64,000 nucleotides of DNA, taken from assembly GCF_006345805.1 (NCBI RefSeq), contig NC_043005.1, forward strand, positions 70,184,001-70,248,000, read 5' to 3'. A program made the translations under genes and the position numbers. Shown one piece after another: positions 27,196 through 41,290 of the stretch (its first letter is position 1; every line of letters starts with the position of its first letter). The DNA is from Octopus sinensis. Lineage: Eukaryota. The notes under the pieces are model-generated. The model was not told where the DNA came from, searched no databases, and worked only from the letters and a program-made list of their open reading frames with translations.

Positions 27196-27314
<119 letters not shown>

Positions 27315-27728
27315 TACATATATATGTATGTGGATCTGTGTGTGTGTATCTCTGTGTATTTGTGTGTGTGTGAGTCTATACATGTGACTGTGTGTATATT
27401 TTCCAAAACTGAAGCATAAACACAAAAAAGGAACAAATGTGAACTTCAAACAAGACACGTTCGTTGCTCTTTTCTTGTCACTTAGCGTCCAAAAGACAGT
27501 GACGAAAATAAACACGACACAAATGTGAATATACAAAACAATATGATGTGAATACCCAAACAAAATAAATATAAAATATTCAAAACAAGTCTGTTCAACT
27601 CAACGGCGGAGCGTATATGTTGGTAACACAAATTAGAATGTCCTATAGGAATGGAAACGAGGAGATAGATGGAAAAAAAAACGAAAGATGAAAACATGGA
27701 ACGGATATATATATATACATACACACAC

Positions 27729-27759
<31 letters not shown>

Positions 27760-28068
27760 ATATATATATATTATATACAAACACATACACACACATACAT
27801 GTATGAATTGCATTGACGGAGGGTAAACCGTACGAACAAATCATATATAATGTAAGGAAATATTATTAGAAAGACGCTGCACGAAGAAACTATCAACTAT
27901 AGATGTAAGATAGTCCAACACATACGCTATGTCGCTAGCAATAAAAACATACTGATTACTTTGACAACTAAGAATTACTTCATAGTACAGTTATGATCAA
28001 ATAACTCTACCTACTATGCTACACATCCTTACTTATTCTTTATATCTATCTATCTATCTATCTATCTA

Positions 28069-28112
<44 letters not shown>

Positions 28113-28120
28113 TATATATA

Positions 28121-28643
28121 CAAGAAAAAAGCAACAAGAATGGATTAGTCGTTCAGTACAATTGTTTCATACGAAGAACAGAGTTAGTTAAAGCTGCAAC
28201 TTAGTTTGTGAAATGATTCGATGTGTGATCAACATCTTTTCCTCATATATCAGGAAATTACATCTGCATCATTATGGATACATTCATCTTCTCTGTGAAT
28301 AAAATCTTTCCTCATATCTCCGGAAATTGCACCTGCATTATTATGGATGGATTTACCTTTTTTGAGAAGCTAACAATCTTTTTAAAAACCTTTTATAAAA
28401 CTGTGCATCATTAGAAAACATTTTAAGTCTGCTTACAACCTAACTTTGCTTTTCATAGAACTCTCTTCGATACTTCATGAGTGTAGCCTCACTCCCTAGG
28501 ATGTTTGGAAAACTCATATGTATTTTGGCTTATGAGTACGGGACACTTGTATTTACTGCAATATTTGCAGCTTTAAATAAATCTGTTCTTCGTATGAAAC
28601 AATTGTACTGAACAACTAATCCATTCTTGTTGCTTTTGTCCTG
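28121..28643. mobile_element. MITE (523 bp) with about 80-bp terminal inverted repeats
   Basis: CAAGAAAAAAGCAACAAGAATGGATTAGTCGTTCAGTACAATTGTTTCATACGAAGAACAG... is matched by its reverse complement ending at 28643. Preceded by TA. Contains a diverged internal tandem duplication of about 69 bp (28231-28360). Confidence 0.8.
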
Positions 28644-28779
28644 TTTATAATCACTCCACATTACTTTATGGTTAATACCATAAAGATTTCTGGTGCATCT
28701 AAGTTAAGTACCGCATTCATTTGAATTCATTGGAAATCATTTGAATCTTAATTGTTTTACTGATATATATATATATATA

Positions 28780-29670
28780 ACAGCAGGCCGAAGACCGTCC
28801 CCTGAGGAACATCACTGGGTTACAATGGATTCCACCAATCACTATATGATGTGTTCTATTCTGCAGGAAATATCCAATTCTGTATTGTAGTATTTCCACG
28901 GATTCCAAAATTTGAGAATTTGTACGTTAAGATATACTGGTAGACTCTACCAAACACTTTACGGAAGTCAAGATCAGAGTTCGAACATGATAGCAAGGCT
29001 TTAAAGGACATCATCGATGTGGCGTAAGAGCTGAGTTAAATGGTCCGTGTTGCAGTGGAAGCCATACTGGTTTGAATTTTGGATATTGTGGCTCTCCAGA
29101 AAGCCAGCTATACTTGATCACACCACCTTTTCAAATGCTGTGAGTATATGGCAGATGAGTGAGATTGGGAGGTAGTTGACTTCGAAAGATTTGTTTCCGC
29201 TGTTTGAAAACCGGGATGACAGACCAAGATAAGTGCTGTTTCTGTATAAAAACTAAGTTTAGAAAGTTTCTCCAAGAGACTAGCGAGGAATCTATCAGGA
29301 CCTACAGCAGAATAATATTTGATCTCATTTATTGCTGCTATGATGCCTGAAGAAGTAAAGTCCGACATTATATATCGAGAATCGTCTTCGTTCACTTTCC
29401 TTGTATCAATATCAGTAGGATCACTAAAGACAGAGCATTATTGTTTTTGCAGTACATTTGCTATTTCTTTAGAATCACGTTGAAGAATACAGTTACCGAC
29501 CAGTGGACCAATGGGTGAGACAGCGGTCCTATGCTTATTAGCATATGAACAGAACACTGTTGTGCTCTGTTGGACTTTTTTGATTACCCAGTGTTTCTCT
29601 GCATCTCTTTGATTTTGAGTGCCACTTTTACGTTGGTCTGTAGATGAAGTTTTTCCAACACAGGCCATTC
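28780..29670 (-). mobile_element. CR1/jockey-like LINE ORF2 remnant
   Basis: VFCSYANKHR...IGPL...KEIANVLQKQ, SAVGPDRFLASLLEK (the AGPDG motif) and a downstream RT-like segment, with many stops. Confidence 0.7.
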
Positions 29671-29939
29671 CATCGTTGTTTGTGTAACGATGTTTCAGAG
29701 TTAATTTCAGGTAGGGATTTCAATTAGTTGAACGTATAAAACAGTTTTAACTGTCCAACGTTACGGAAAATCTCCGAATTAAATATTTAATGCATATGAC
29801 GTTCACAACAACAAGCTGTTTGTGAGAGTATTTTAATTGGTCGATATTTCAATTAAGTCGTTTGATGCTCCTGATGAGTGTTTTTTCTCTCTTCTAGGGA
29901 ACCTATTTCTGTTTGTGATAGTGAATAACGTAGGAGCGT

Positions 29940-29990
<51 letters not shown>

Positions 29991-29997
29991 GTGTGTG

Positions 29998-30051
<54 letters not shown>

Positions 30052-30262
30052 TGTGTGTGTTTGCGTGTGTGTGTATATATACCATAATCGTTATTTACCA
30101 CCAATACGTAAGAGATTTCACCCTGATGAAATCTGCACACGCTGTGCGTCTATTTTACATCTAACATTGTTTCGATCGTGATCATCCGAAGGAATGTTCA
30201 CCTAATAGCCGGATTGAAACACGAGTAGTCATCTTTTTCCTTTCTTTCTTATTTTGATTATG

Positions 30263-30653
30263 TTACTCTTTTACTCTTATACTCTTTTACTTGTTTCAGC
30301 CATGCTGGAGGACCGCATTTAGTCGAGCAAGTAGACCCCAGGAATTATTCTTTGTAAGCCTAGTACTTATTCTATCGGCTCTCTTTTGGTGAACCGCTAA
30401 GTTACGGGGACATAAACACACCACCATCGGTTGTCTAACACCAACACAGACACACAAACATATAATGCATACATACATACATATATACGGCGGGCTTTTT
30501 TCAGTTTCCGTCTACCAAATCCACTCAAAAGGCTTTGGTAGGCCCGAGGCTATAGTAGAAGATACTCGTGCAAAGTGCCACGCAGTGGGACTGAACCCGG
30601 AACCATGCGGTTCGTAAGCAAGCTACTTACCACACAGATACTCCTACGCCTAT
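30263..30653 (-). mobile_element. Family B SINE
   Basis: Full head-to-tail copy ending in an (AAAGAGT)n-like tail on the minus strand. Confidence 0.9.
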
Positions 30654-30766
30654 TTTATTTGTATTACAACACGATTTGCATTCATCGTGATTCTAATAAG
30701 ATTAAATAAGTATCCACTATATTCCTTCTTCATTTTCTTAATTACGTAACTATTTATACGTCTATC

Positions 30767-30799
<33 letters not shown>

Positions 30800-30825
30800 T
30801 ATATATACAATTATATAAACATGCA

Positions 30826-30877
<52 letters not shown>

Positions 30878-30966
30878 CATTGGAATAATCAATTTATTAG
30901 ACCTTAGAACCCTAGAGAATACTTCCCTAAATGGAAGTTGAATTTTCATCCTGAAAAATATATATA

Positions 30967-31359
30967 CTTTTATGCTTTTATTCTTTTACTTGTTTCGGTA
31001 AATTGACTGCGGCCATGCTACAGTACCGTGTTTAGTCGAGTAAATTGACCACAGGACTTATTCTCTGAAATCCTAGTACTTAATCTCTCGGTTCTTTTGC
31101 GAGCATCGGTTGTCAAGCGATTTTGGGGTGGGGGCAAACACATACATACACACACGCACACACACACACATACATAGAGTATATATACTATATACGCTGA
31201 GCATCTTTCAGTTTACGTCTACCAAATCCACTCATAATGCTTTAGTCGGTCCGTGGTTATAGTAGAAGTCATTTGCCCAAGGTGCTGCGCAGTGGGACTG
31301 AACCCAGAACCATGGCTGGTAAGCAAACTACTTACCATACAGCCACTCCTGCGCCTATA
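30967..31359 (-). mobile_element. Family B SINE
   Basis: Full copy, more diverged, about 310 bp from the previous copy and in the same orientation. Confidence 0.88.
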
Positions 31360-31511
31360 GATATGTATATAAATCATCAGAAATTTACAAAATAATTTCC
31401 AAGGAACGATCAGTCCTTTTTGTTATAAATAATTTTCTGTAGGGTGAAATAATCTGATATGAACGTGTATTGACTTCTATTTTTTTTCTTTAATTTTTTT
31501 GTCAATAATCC

Positions 31512-31575
<64 letters not shown>

Positions 31576-32635
31576 GGCTTTTTTCCAAGTGTGGTCTATT
31601 TATTTGCTATAATCTGCAAGAATTATAATTTAGAATTATCAGCAAGTCAAACGTTGAAGCACAATTCAAAAACATCTTCCAGCAGGATATTAATATTTTA
31701 ACAATTTTTTTTCTCTAACTGACATAATTATAAAAATAAATTGTAGTCAGATGACAAAAATAATAATAGCAGATTATTCTAGAAACACGTAAGCATGCAC
31801 GCAAAAATAAGAGCCGTTAAATATTATGAAGGGAACACAACAGGCAATAATTAATATGAATACTTAAAGTGTTACACCGGGGAAAATATTTGCAAATGAC
31901 AAGTTTTATACTGACAGGAAAGCGTTTTTAAAAGATCGGATATTTTTTAGCGTACTGTGATATGTGCTCGAAAGCCATAATCCATTAACACATTTTTTGG
32001 AATATGCGTCAAGGGAAGAAAAATAGCTGCTGGTCAAACCATAGTATCATTGCAAGACTGTACATGAGAGAAATACCAGACGATGTCGAGTAATAAATTT
32101 TGAAACGTAACAGCACACCGCAGCAACATACACAAATGAAAAAAATCTCATCATTACTGAATTATAGAAAATGGTAGACACTTCGGAGTTGTTCCACTGG
32201 TGAGAAACAGAGCAGCTCCGCATTAAATATAGTGACGAAATCAGTGAATTTCAGAAAGGGATTCTCAATTACAGGAATATACAATACTGTTTTAACTGTC
32301 CAACGTTACGGAAAATCTCCGAATTAAATATTTAATGCATATGATGTTCACAACAACATACCTTCTCGGGAGAAACTAATTTTTGATAGCATTTTAAATA
32401 TTGTAAGACTGCAATGTACAAGATGCACAGGTGAATCGTCTATCAACAATAACCGTTCAGCTGAGACGGTTTGACACGACGAAAAGCACAAACACGTATA
32501 AATCTATATACACACCGCCATAAGTAAATTTATCTAACACACGCAATTGTATATATATTTGTATCCGTGTGTGTGTGTGTGTATGCACATTACATATTAA
32601 TACAAATATATATGTGTGTATATGTATGCATGTGT

Positions 32636-32885
32636 GGAGGCGTGTGGCTTAGTGGTTCCGGTGTCCGTATCTTGATCGTAAGATTGTGGTTTCGATTCCT
32701 GGACCGGGCGACGCGTTGTGTACTTGAGCAAAACATTTCATTTCACATTGCTCCAATCCACTCATCTGGCAAAAATGAGTAACGCTGCGAGGGAGTGGCG
32801 TCCCATCCAGCTGGGGAACACATGCGCCATAGAAACCGGGAAACCGGGCCCATGAGTCTGAGTAGGCTTTAAAAGGGCGTATCTA
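32636..32885 (+). mobile_element. tRNA-derived SINE, family D
   Basis: A box TGGCTTAGTGG, B box GGTTTCGATTCC, then TGTGTACTTGAGCAAAACA...TGGCGTCCCATCCAG...AGAAACCGGG. These segments recall CORE- and V-type central domains (unverified). Confidence 0.75.
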
Positions 32886-32938
32886 TTTTCATCTTTCATA
32901 TGTATGTATATATATATATAAATACACACACACACACA

Positions 32939-33039
<101 letters not shown>

Positions 33040-33214
33040 CATATATATGCATATATATATATATATACATATATATAAACACACACATATACATACACGC
33101 ACACACATATACACGCACACGCACGCAGATGCATATACATATATATATAGAGGGAGAAAGAGAGAGAGAGTGAGAGAGAGAGAGAGAGAAATCGATAGAT
33201 AGATAGATATGAAC

Positions 33215-33720
33215 ACATCCTCTCCAATGCCACATCCCGTGAGTATCGTGGCCTCATTGGCATGCGGCAGTAGGTTTTTCACTACAAATCGCGTTCAGCT
33301 GCAGAACATTGGTGGCCCCAAATTCCTCAACAGCATCACTGGAGCTCCAGGTTTTAGACACAATGTATGAGGTAGTAGTGCGTAGGAGTTCAAGGAATTG
33401 AGGAATTTTGTTGGAAAATTGACAACCTCTTCTGTATCCACAACAGTGTTAACGGCCGTTTATATAGGAAGACTTCAAGGAAAGCACTGCAACAAATCTG
33501 CATCGATTTTCACCACAGGAGCTAGCATGGCCCTACTGCGCAACAACTTAGATTTTCGTAATTTGTTGGTAGATTGGGAAAAACAGCAGCTGGGAGAACT
33601 TCAGCGGTGCATACTTTTGAGACTGTCATCTCTCCAGCTGCATCCAAGAGTGCATTGCCGTCGACAGCTGTTAGACGTTCTTTGGAGAATTCGGCTAACA
33701 AGTGGCCGCCGAAGACCTGA
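33215..33720 (-). mobile_element. Helitron PIF1-like helicase remnant no. 1
   Basis: VFPNLPTNYENL...RAMLAP...VNTVVDTEEVVNFPTKFLNSLN...PHTLCLKPGAPVMLLRNL...[16 protein letters not shown]. Confidence 0.85.
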
Positions 33721-35574
33721 GCTCTGTTGAATTAAGGGACACAACTTTTACCTGTTGCCACATAGGAGAGGACTTAATGCAAGCCCCAAAAGCGTCCGCC
33801 CTATGCCTTTGGGAATAACTAGGAGGGTTTGCCTAAAATCACCAGATAGCAGGAGAGATACTCTTCCCTTGGATGGTGACAGTCTCTGATATCTAGCAGG
33901 CTCCTATCTAGGGCCTTGAGGGATAATTTATGGTCCATTGTGCATTCATCCCCCATAATGAGCTGAAGTGGGGGCATCATGGTCGTAGGTGATAATACCG
34001 GGGGATTAAGTAAACACTAATGTACACAGATCAAAAAGGTGGGGTGCGCATTTTATTGTGCTCACGCTCACATGACAAAGATCATGCTCCCAGTTCTCCC
34101 CGTTTTATCACACCATGAGCGGGGTTAGTTTAAAGAAAATTTGTGCTAAATGGCTAGGGGGAACCATGACCGTAGGTAATAATAGAGAGTAGTTAAGTAA
34201 ACAGTAATGTATACAGATCAAATCAGCGATGCAAAACTACCCCACAATCATTGGCACGTGATTAAATGGCAGGAGTTGTAACCCAGTTTAATCCAGTAAT
34301 TTGCAAATTTAATGCGAATATACTTGACAAAACAATTGTTTAAAAGAGTTAATTCTTGCTAAATTTGGAGCGAATCGGTTTTTGAACTGCTGAAATTATT
34401 GGCAAAAAACGAATTTTGCATAGCTATTCGCAGACTATCCCCATTCAACGAAGATTGATTTGACAAAAACATACGTTTAAATCAATTCGTAAAGCATAAT
34501 TAATATTTGTGTTACATATTGAGCGAATCAGTTGGAAACTGCGGAAGTTATTGAGAAAAAAATTAATTTTTATGCTGATTTTTCACAACGCGGAGTATCT
34601 TGACAAAAATTTTAAGCAAGACAATGCTTCAGTCATGAGTAATGTTCGCGTCAAACTTGGAGGAAACCGATCGAAAAACCAGGGCGTTAAGGACAAAAGT
34701 AATTCTGTTTTATTTTCCGAAGAGTTATTCTGCCTAGGGTAGAAAAGAAAGTCGTGAATCTCTACACAACATTTCTCCTATCCACGTTAAGTGCTATAGA
34801 TATTTAGACTGTTGTTGTCTCTCGAGGTGAAACCATCTAATAACGACTATGTTCAGAAAGCTGGAATAATAGATGTCATTCAAAGAAAGAACATTGTACA
34901 ATAAATATTCATAGAACCAAGCTGTAGATTTTAAATGCTTTTACTCCAGGTTGCATATATGCGCAAGTTGAATAACTCACAAGTGAAAGTCCATGTTCAA
35001 CTTCTTTGTATCCCAAGTTATAGCTGGTTAAAGTCTATTAGCTGTTGCGTGCCGCATGCAAGATCTAAGGTGGTCATGTTGTCGCAAGCTGTTGTTCGCG
35101 GTGACAAGAGAAAAGGAACAAAGACAAGAGAAAAGGTTCAAATCCCTGAACCTCAAAATTACATGCTGTTCCACCTAGTGTCGGGCTATTTAGACAGCTA
35201 CCGTCAGGGGAAGTAAATGCGCCTACAGATACACAGGTATTCACACTCTCATTCTAAGACGCACACATCTATACACATGTACACACACGCATGCGCACAC
35301 ATGTATGTGGATATATTGATATTTATCCGCACTTAAATATGTGGGTGTCTTGTTTGAATACAGAATACTGCAGTAGTTACCCTCAGGGAACCTCACATAG
35401 TGATCTTCGGTGCGTAAACACATCCTTATTTATGTCGCAATCTGGGAGATAAATTACGTGCCACCACCAACGCTGAGACTACAAGAACATGTGATTTCGT
35501 CCATGCCTACCTTCGTCAGTGTTGGACGCTCGGACAGCAACGTTTTATTCCTATAGCAATATATACAACCACAG

Positions 35575-35976
35575 TTGGACGGCAGCTGGCAGAAACGTTA
35601 GCGCGCCGGACGAAATGCTTAGCGTTATTTCGTCTGTCGTTACGTTCTGAGTTCAAATTCCCCCGAGGTCGACGTTGCCTTTCATTATTTCGTGGTCAAT
35701 AAATTAACAACCAGTTACGCACTGGGGTCGATGTAATCGAATTAATCCGTTTGTCTCTCCTTGTTTGTCCCCCTTTCTGTTTAGCCCCTTGTGGGTAGTA
35801 AAGAAATAGCTATTTCGTCTGTCTTTACGTTCTGAATTCAAATTACCCCGAGGTTGACTTTGCCTTTCATCCTTTCGGGTTCGATATATCAAGTATCAGT
35901 TGCGTACAGAAGTCGATCTAATCGACTGGCTCCTGCTTCCCCAAAAATTTCGGGCCTTGTGCCTAGGGTAGAAAAG
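35575..35976 (+). mobile_element. Family A SINE dimer (head-core-T1-core-T2) with 17-bp TSD
   Basis: AATATATACAACCACAG occurs at 35558-35574 and 35977-35993. Confidence 0.92.
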
Positions 35977-36658
35977 AATATATACAACCACAGCGCTAGA
36001 ACATCTCTTTTTATGCCTATCATATATTAAGACAAAGTGTGTGGTTGTGAGAGTGCATGCTGATCCTCTTTTTACCTAAAGAACGTGAGCAACTGCACTT
36101 AAATTGGAGCGTTTCATGCAAAATCAGCTGCTATTGAACATTCTATTAAATGTCAAATCTTTCCAACGTTGTGATTCACACTAGTGACAATGAATTATCT
36201 TCAACACACACACACACACACACACACGCACATACATATTTATGCTAATATGTATCCATGTATTCATGTATTCACGTGTGCAAGTATGTATTTGTGTATG
36301 CATACGTACGTGGATGTAGTTCACAATAAATAAATATCTGCATGGATAAATTACGAAGAATGTTTGTGTATATTTATATATTTTCCTATACATTCATCGG
36401 ATCTCCCAGTTTCTTCCACCTGCAATAAAACACTACTTCTGCCACAAATTCCACGCAATAAAATCTCCTTTTAGAAATCATTAGCTTCATTAATGTCAAC
36501 ACTGTCGATAAAAATCATTGAACATAATCATCGTCATCGTTATCATACATGAGGATCATCATGATCATAAACAGCGTCAGCATTATCTCCATAGCACCAT
36601 CTTCTTACATGCTCTCACATGCACACACACACCATGCATGCTTATGCATAGGTACATA

Positions 36659-36722
<64 letters not shown>

Positions 36723-38429
36723 ATATATATGTATGTATGTGTGTGTGTATAGGTATATATATATGGATGTATATAGCTATGTGTATGTGTGTGTGTTTAT
36801 TCTTCGTTGTTTGCAAGAGCACCAATATTTTTAACATGCACATTTCCATTATCCATAATTCTAATCTCTCATCACTTTACATCAATGTTACTTCGATGTT
36901 GTATATCACGACGACCATCTACATCATCACCATCACCATCCTCATAATTATCATTCATCAGCCTAATTCATTTAACATGGTTGAATTTTCATTTTTAATC
37001 TTCTTCACGTTGCTAATATTTCTCCTTGTGCACGTCCTCCCTCCTCTCTCTCATCATCGTCATCGTCATCGTCATCGTCATTTTTGCTTTGTTTAATAAC
37101 ATTTTGATTTATTTTATTATATTCTGTTGTTCATTTTTTTTGGGCTTTTTTTTAGATGAATAACTTTTATTTCATTTCCTTCAGCCTCACACTAATTCCA
37201 TTACTTCTTTCCCTTTGGGTATTTGTCTCTCTCTTTTTTCTCTCTTTGCTTCTCTTTCTACATCTTCCCCCCTCTCTCTCTCTCTCTATTTCTCTCTCTC
37301 CCATTAGTTTTGTCTTTCATCCCCCATTTCTCTTTCCGACTGCCTTTCATTCTTTCTTAGCTGGATTATTCGTTTACATACTTTACACATATATCCATAC
37401 ACACAAATATACTCTCTCTCCCTCCCTCTCCTCCCTCTTTGTAAATCCTGCGAATCTATTCATGAATTACGTTGGGATTGCTTATTATTCCAGTTCGCAT
37501 ATACTTATTCTCTGATCTCTCTCTTAGATTTGAATAATTTTCCCCATACTTTGAGAATAATTTCATCATGTCTTTGGATTGAAATTTCTATTCCCGTAGA
37601 ATCCTTTGACAACAATATCCGGCAGTTTAATCGTGATGTCATTTAATATGGACACTTTCGAACTCTCTATGAACTTATCTAGTTTATGTTTACCGTACAA
37701 CAACACCTGCTGTCTTTCGGTAATGTTTTGGATGTAATATTTCGGGTGTAAATTCGGGTAAATATAAAAGAAATGTGTTTCATTTTTTCTTGTTAATCTC
37801 ATTATATCTTGCAGTTAAAGTGTCTTACTTCATTTTGGTTGTTTATGGCCGAAAAAATCTATGTTCTGCTTAAATCAAATCTCAGTTACTAATCCTGAAC
37901 TCCTCAGCGTACATCAGTCAAGAGGTTAGATTTTTCAGAATGTATAATATTTCCGCAAATTTGTCTGTTATTTCAACTGTTTTTATGTATTTGTTGGATT
38001 TGTTGAATACCCAAAGTAAACAATAAAACAATCAAACAATTGACAGAATATTAGACAAAATGCTTTGCGGCTTTAATGTGGTCCATCGTAAACAGAAGGA
38101 TATGTGAAGCAGCAACAAAAATATAGTTACACGAAAACACTGCTTCAAATGTTACCCTGATCCCAAAGATGAAATAAAACTGAAAAAAGTGCAACAGTTT
38201 ACGGATACGAGTTAACAAGACGAGCATCGAGGAAATGATCCCGGTTCTCACCCGTTGTACAAATAACACAAGACTACAACCAGTATTAATATTTTATGGC
38301 AATAAGAAGGAGAAAAATAGGAAGCGATTTCAAATACTTTGGCAGAACAAGCAAAAAGTAGCAATGAGTCTAGACTTCAGAGGATAAAAACAGCATGTAC
38401 GTGGAGGGGATCATCTTACCATGTGGTTA

Positions 38430-40150
38430 TTGAAATCTCAGTTCATCAGCTATGATCCCATGGAGCTACTGAAATAGTACAATAAGATACGTGGCACCTG
38501 GGACAGGTGTCAGCCCATGTGGTTGGGTAACAAAGTTATTACAACACAGAGACGCCTGCTCCAAAAGCTACAGCTCTCTTGCCAAAAAGGAAAGAGACCA
38601 CATCACCAATTTCCAACCAAAACCCAGTAAATTCTATGGCTTACCAAAAATACATAATTCAAAAGAATTTCAGCATGCAGTAAAGAAACACGAAGGTGAG
38701 TACATAAAATTACTACATCCAAAATACCTAAAACTCAGACCTACTTTAACTAGACCAGCATGCACTATCCACCACCGAAGCAATTTTATTGACATCCTTT
38801 TGAAACCATTTTGTACTCATATACCTAGTTTCATCTGGGATGACATCGACTTCCTATCTCAGCTTCCCACAACAACGGAATCGAATTCAATTTCACTTAG
38901 TTTTATTCCATAGGATTTATAAATGAAAACAACGAAATACTGGGTGGAAAAACATAGCGAAGTGATTGCCAGTAGATTCATCGTGCTTTTTATATTAGAC
39001 GCAGTCAAACTTATTCTTGAACATAACACATTATTTTTCAATGGAATGAATTATATCCATTTTAGAGGCACAGCGATGGGAACGAGATTTCCCCCATTTA
39101 TGGAACTCCGTAATCGGATACTTAGAAAAACAACTCTATTAATGAACAGGGGAAACTTGCGGCATTGAATTTAGAATGTATATTGAAGATGCATGGAAGA
39201 TATACCTTGACAATTGCTTCATAATCTGGACAAAATCTCTATATGCTCTGGAAAAATTTAATATCCTCCTGAACAATCTGCATCCAACTCTCCAATTTAC
39301 AAAGGAGATTAATAGTACTAAATTACTATTTCTACACATAATATATGCAATAACGCAAACACGCATCAATATCTGAAGTTTAAATCGGGCCATCCCACGC
39401 ATACAAGATGCAATACCCCATATTTCCTTGCCAGAAAAGTTGTACCATTGCTGAAGATATAAATACCAGAGACAAACGCCTGACATAACTCAAACAATTT
39501 CTAGTCACAAAAATATAATCGCTTCTAATTATAGAAAATTGTATAGAGCGTGCTATAGAAATAGCAATACAACAACTTAGGGCAACCCCACTAAATAAGA
39601 AAAAGCAAGAACAGGTCATACTATTTATAGTGACTCACAATCCGTGTCACCGCATTATGTATAGCATCCCCAAATCAAACTTGGCGATCATTGCTCAAAG
39701 TAATGAATTAAAGGACTTTATAATGGCTCGAGCTATGATTCGGAGTAAAAGATAACCGAAAAACTTAAAACAATTATTACTAAAGGCAAAATCTTACGTA
39801 AGTGACAATGACAAATCATACATTGCACCGGAATGCTATGATAATCCATGTGGTACATGTCAGATCATATATACCATTCAAAATCTGAATACAAATCCTG
39901 AAGATTATTTGCAAATTAAGATATGGACTGTATAAGCAGAAATTTAATTACAGAAATGTGAAGAGATATACATTGGACAGAGTGGGAATGCATTATCGGA
40001 ACTTTCACGTGTGTACCGACTGCAGATTTGAGACCCTGATGTCCGTCAGATACCTTTAAGCAGTTATCTGGCAAGATATGGTAAGAAAAAGTTTATAATA
40101 TTCACATTCTACGAATTCTACAAGCTACAGATTACAAAACTCAAGTGAAA
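38430..40150 (+). mobile_element. Decayed Penelope-like element (RT + GIY-YIG)
   Basis: FYGLPKIH...LRP, GTAMGT, YLDN (YIDD-like), NNLHPTLQFTKE, HPTHTRCNTPY.LAR, and C-terminal CISRNLI...EEIYIGQSG. Frameshifted. Confidence 0.9.
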
Positions 40151-40964
40151 TTGCGAGAGAAGTCAGGGAATGGGTTACATAGATCCAATGATTACGTAAC
40201 GCATTAAAGCAATAGTTTATTTCAATACTGAAAAATTGCAAAATTGTAAACATTGCAAAAAATAAAACTCCAATGTCAAACTAAATTGGAATTTCATTGA
40301 TTAATATGTTGTTGCATACACAATGAACCAAACTCAGATATATATATATGTATATATATATATAATATAATATATAATATATATATATAGAGAGAGAGAG
40401 AGAGAGGGAGAGAGAGAGAGAGATAAATTATGAATGTATATATATATATACATGAATACATATAATATATATGCGCGTGTGTGTGCGTGCGTGTGCATTG
40501 ATGAATAAATATATACATGTATATATATTTATAAAAGTATATGTATGAGCCTGTAATGAGTTTGTATTTATGCACATCACTAAATGGCACAGTACCGCGG
40601 TTTTTGGGGCTTTTTTTTTGTTTACAGTGAACCAGTGAATTGCGCAAACAGTCGTTGAACGACAACGGGAATGTCATAAGAGGAAAATGCCTCTCTTGTT
40701 TGTTTGCAATGTCTGCCTTTAGAGCATATGCTACTGAGTAGGAGGAAAACACTCCGAAGTGCATGCATCCAACTCTCTGGCTAGGGAATTCTGCAGGCTA
40801 ACTCCACGTGTGTACACCTATGTGTCTACTGCGGGAAATTTTCTCTATGACAAAATACAGGGCATTGTTCTCTTACGGAATCGAATATACCTTAAGCATA
40901 TTTGAACTGGTAACAAGGCTTTATTTATAAACATTACTGCATAGCACTGTAATCCCGTATGTAT

Positions 40965-41011
<47 letters not shown>

Positions 41012-41014
41012 CAT

Positions 41015-41290
41015 TTACTCTTTTACTCTTTTACACATTTCAGTCATTTGACTGCAGCCATGATGGAGCACTGCTTTTAGTCGAAGAAATCGACCCCGAG
41101 GCATTTTCTTTGTGGGCCTATTATCGTATCCTTTTCTTTTGCGGAACTGCTAAGTATTAGGGTTATATACACATATACACACCAACATCGGTTGTGAAGT
41201 GCTGGTAGGGAAGGGGACAAACGTAGACACAAAAACATACATACACACACACATTAATATACATATATATATATATACACACACGCCCGC
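41015..41290 (-). mobile_element. Family B SINE, 3' half
   Basis: TTACTCTTTTACTCTTTT...CAGTCATTTGACTGCAGCCATG...ATCGACCCC...CATCGGTTGT. Confidence 0.8.

Noticed and set aside
34935-35216. 93-codon non-repetitive ORF with a nearby AG acceptor and GT donor
   Set aside because: No recognisable protein. An ORF of this length can arise by chance in 64 kb. Kept only as a weak possibility.
37566-37802. 78-aa minus-strand ORF next to the Penelope element (and 25984-26229)
   Set aside because: I could not assign them to any family. Probably decayed TE or chance ORFs.
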